From the NCBI GenBank assembly GCA_012295275.1, contig CM022676.1, forward strand, positions 11,966,001-12,030,000: a stretch of DNA of 64,000 nt, in the 5' to 3' direction. Below the pieces are notes generated by a model that saw only the letters and a list, made by a program, of their open reading frames with translations, searched no databases and was not told the DNA's origin. Numbering within the stretch: position 1 is the stretch's first letter; every line of letters starts with the position of its first letter. The DNA is from Chrysomallon squamiferum (taxonomy: Eukaryota; Animalia; Mollusca). The position numbers were made by a program, and so were the translations under genes. Of the stretch, positions 61,950 to 64,000 are shown one piece after another.

Positions 61950-64000
61950 ATCTATCTATCTATCTATATCTATCTATCTATATCTATCTATCTATCTATA
62001 TATAAATGGATGTATGGATCTATGTATGTATGTATGTATGTACGTATGTATGTACATATGTATGTATGTATGTACGTATGTATGTACGTATGTATGTGTA
62101 TGTACGTATGTATGTATTATGTACGTATGTATGTATTATGTATGTATGTATGTATGTATGTATGTATGTACGTATGTATGTATGTATGTATGTACGTACG
62201 TACGTACGTACGTATGTATGTATGTATGTATGTATGTATGTATGTATGTATGTATGTATGTGTGTATGTATGTATGTATGTATGTATGTATGTACGTATG
62301 TATGTATGTATGTATGTATGTATGTATGTATGTATGTATTAGAGAGAGAGCACATGTTAAACTGTTTTCACGTGTGTATTTCAGGAGACAGTCTCAGTGC
62401 CAGTCACAGTGGGATGAGTTTCTCCACCGCGGACAAAGACGCTGACGTGTATCCGTCAAACTGCGCGCAGATACATCGCAGTGGCTGGTGGTTCAGCAAC
62501 TTGCTACATCTCCAACCTGAACGGCGTCTACCAGACTGGCGTGGTGTGGAAGTCGTGGTTGGGGATTTCCTACTCGCTCAAATCCACCGTCATGAAAATC
62601 AGGCCTCGACCGCTGCTGGAGAGCGAGAAAACAACGACAACATCATATCCCACGACAACAACAACGACAACGGCTGTCCCGACCACAGTCACGACAATTC
62701 AGTATCCCACGACAACACCAACGACAACGGCTGTACCGACCACTGTCACGACACCTTCATATCCCACGACAACAACAACGACAAATGTTCCAACAACTTC
62801 ACCAGAGCCGACATATACTCCTACAACCGCTTCATCACCACCAACTACGACAGCAACATCTGTACCAACAACGACGCCTTTACCACAAACAACTGTACCA
62901 CCAACAACGACAGCAACACCTCTACCACCAACAACTGTACCACCAACAACGACGCCTTCACCTCAAACAACTGTACCACCAACAACAACGACAGCAACAC
63001 CTCTACCACCAACAACTGTACCACCAACAACGACGACAGCAACACCTCTACCACCAACAACTGTACCACCAACAACTGTACCGCCAACAACTGTACCACC
63101 AACAACGACGCCTTCACCACAAACAACTGTACCACCAACAACGACAGCAACACCTCTACCACCAACAACTGTACCACCAACAACGACGCCTTCACCACAA
63201 ACAACTGTACCACCAACAACGACAGCAACACCTCTACCACCAACAACTGTACCACCAACAACGACGCCTTCACCACAAACAACTGTACCACCAACAACGA
63301 CAGCAACAGCTCTACCACCAACAACTGTACCACCAACAACGACGCCTTCAGCACAAACAACTGTACCACCAACAACTGTACCACCAACAACGACGCCTTC
63401 AGCACAAACAACTGTACCACCAACAACTGTACCACCAACAACGACGCCTTCACCACCAACAACTATACCACCAACTACGACAGCAACACCTCTACCACCA
63501 ACAACTGTACCACCAACAACGACGCCTTCACCACAAACAACTATACCACCAACAACTACGACAGCAACACCTCTACCACCAACAACTGTACCACCAACAA
63601 CGACGCCTTCAGCACAAACAACTGTACCACCAACAACTGTACCACCAACAACGACGCCTTCACCTCAAACAACTGTACCACCAACAACGACGACAGCAAC
63701 ACCTCTACCACCAACAACTGTACCACCAACAACTGTACCACCAACAACGACGCCTTCAGCACAAACAACTGTACCACCAACAACTGTACCACCAACAACT
63801 GTACCACCAACAACGACGCCTTCAGCACAAACAACTGTACCACCAACAACTGTACCACCAACAACGACGCCTTCACCACAAACAACCGTACCAACAACTA
63901 CGACAGCAACACCTCTACCACCAACAACTGTACCACCAACAACGACGCCTTCACCACAAACAACTGTACCACCAACTACGACAGCAACACCTCTACCACC
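58797..64000 (+). CDS. Fibrinogen-related protein: signal peptide + PAN/apple-like domain + fibrinogen C-terminal domain + Pro/Thr mucin-like tail (3' incomplete)
   Basis: Exons 58797-59130 (signal; C-x3-C-x5-C-x-S..Y..C PAN pattern), 59844-59983 ([15 protein letters not shown]), 60151-60247 ([17 protein letters not shown]....EFWFG), 61509-61673 ([26 protein letters not shown]) and 62385 to the window end ([15 protein letters not shown]....GWWFSN[C]..SNLNG..MKIRP, then PT repeats). Extra T at 62501-62502. Confidence 0.9.
59131..59525 (+). repeat. 20-bp minisatellite starting at the donor of the PAN exon
   Basis: Unit gtaagtcagtatgatgtagt, about 20 copies. Confidence 0.9.
62628..64000 (+). 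repeat. Coding Pro/Thr-rich mucin-like tandem repeats
   Basis: Mixed units encoding [17 protein letters not shown] and PPTTTATPL, in frame after the fibrinogen domain. Confidence 0.85.

Noticed and set aside
62845-63897. Minus-strand Leu/Val-rich ORFs
   Set aside because: Antisense shadow of the Pro/Thr mucin repeats on the plus strand.

Overview
Eukaryotic, AT-rich and microsatellite-dense DNA with GT-AG introns. An invertebrate source, probably a gastropod mollusc, is inferred from the sequence style and gene content but is not proven. Most ORFs in the supplied track are artefacts of simple repeats. Manual splice reconstruction shows a dense cluster of about 15 small gene units containing 20 exons that each encode one atypical Ig-like domain. 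Intact units have a signal-peptide exon of 52-58 nt (142 nt in gene G) followed by one or two phase-1 Ig-like exons, with no transmembrane segment, so they appear to be secreted. Part of the cluster is a 6.5-7.5 kb three-gene unit triplicated between (CT)n tracts. The cluster also shows leaderless Ig exons, an orphan leader exon, mosaic gene-conversion-like tracts and a localized nonsynonymous hypervariable patch. It abuts a signal-PAN/apple-fibrinogen-mucin gene that runs off the window end. Other content includes MULE and pogo transposon remnants and many minisatellites. Several single-base indels in otherwise intact genes may be assembly errors.
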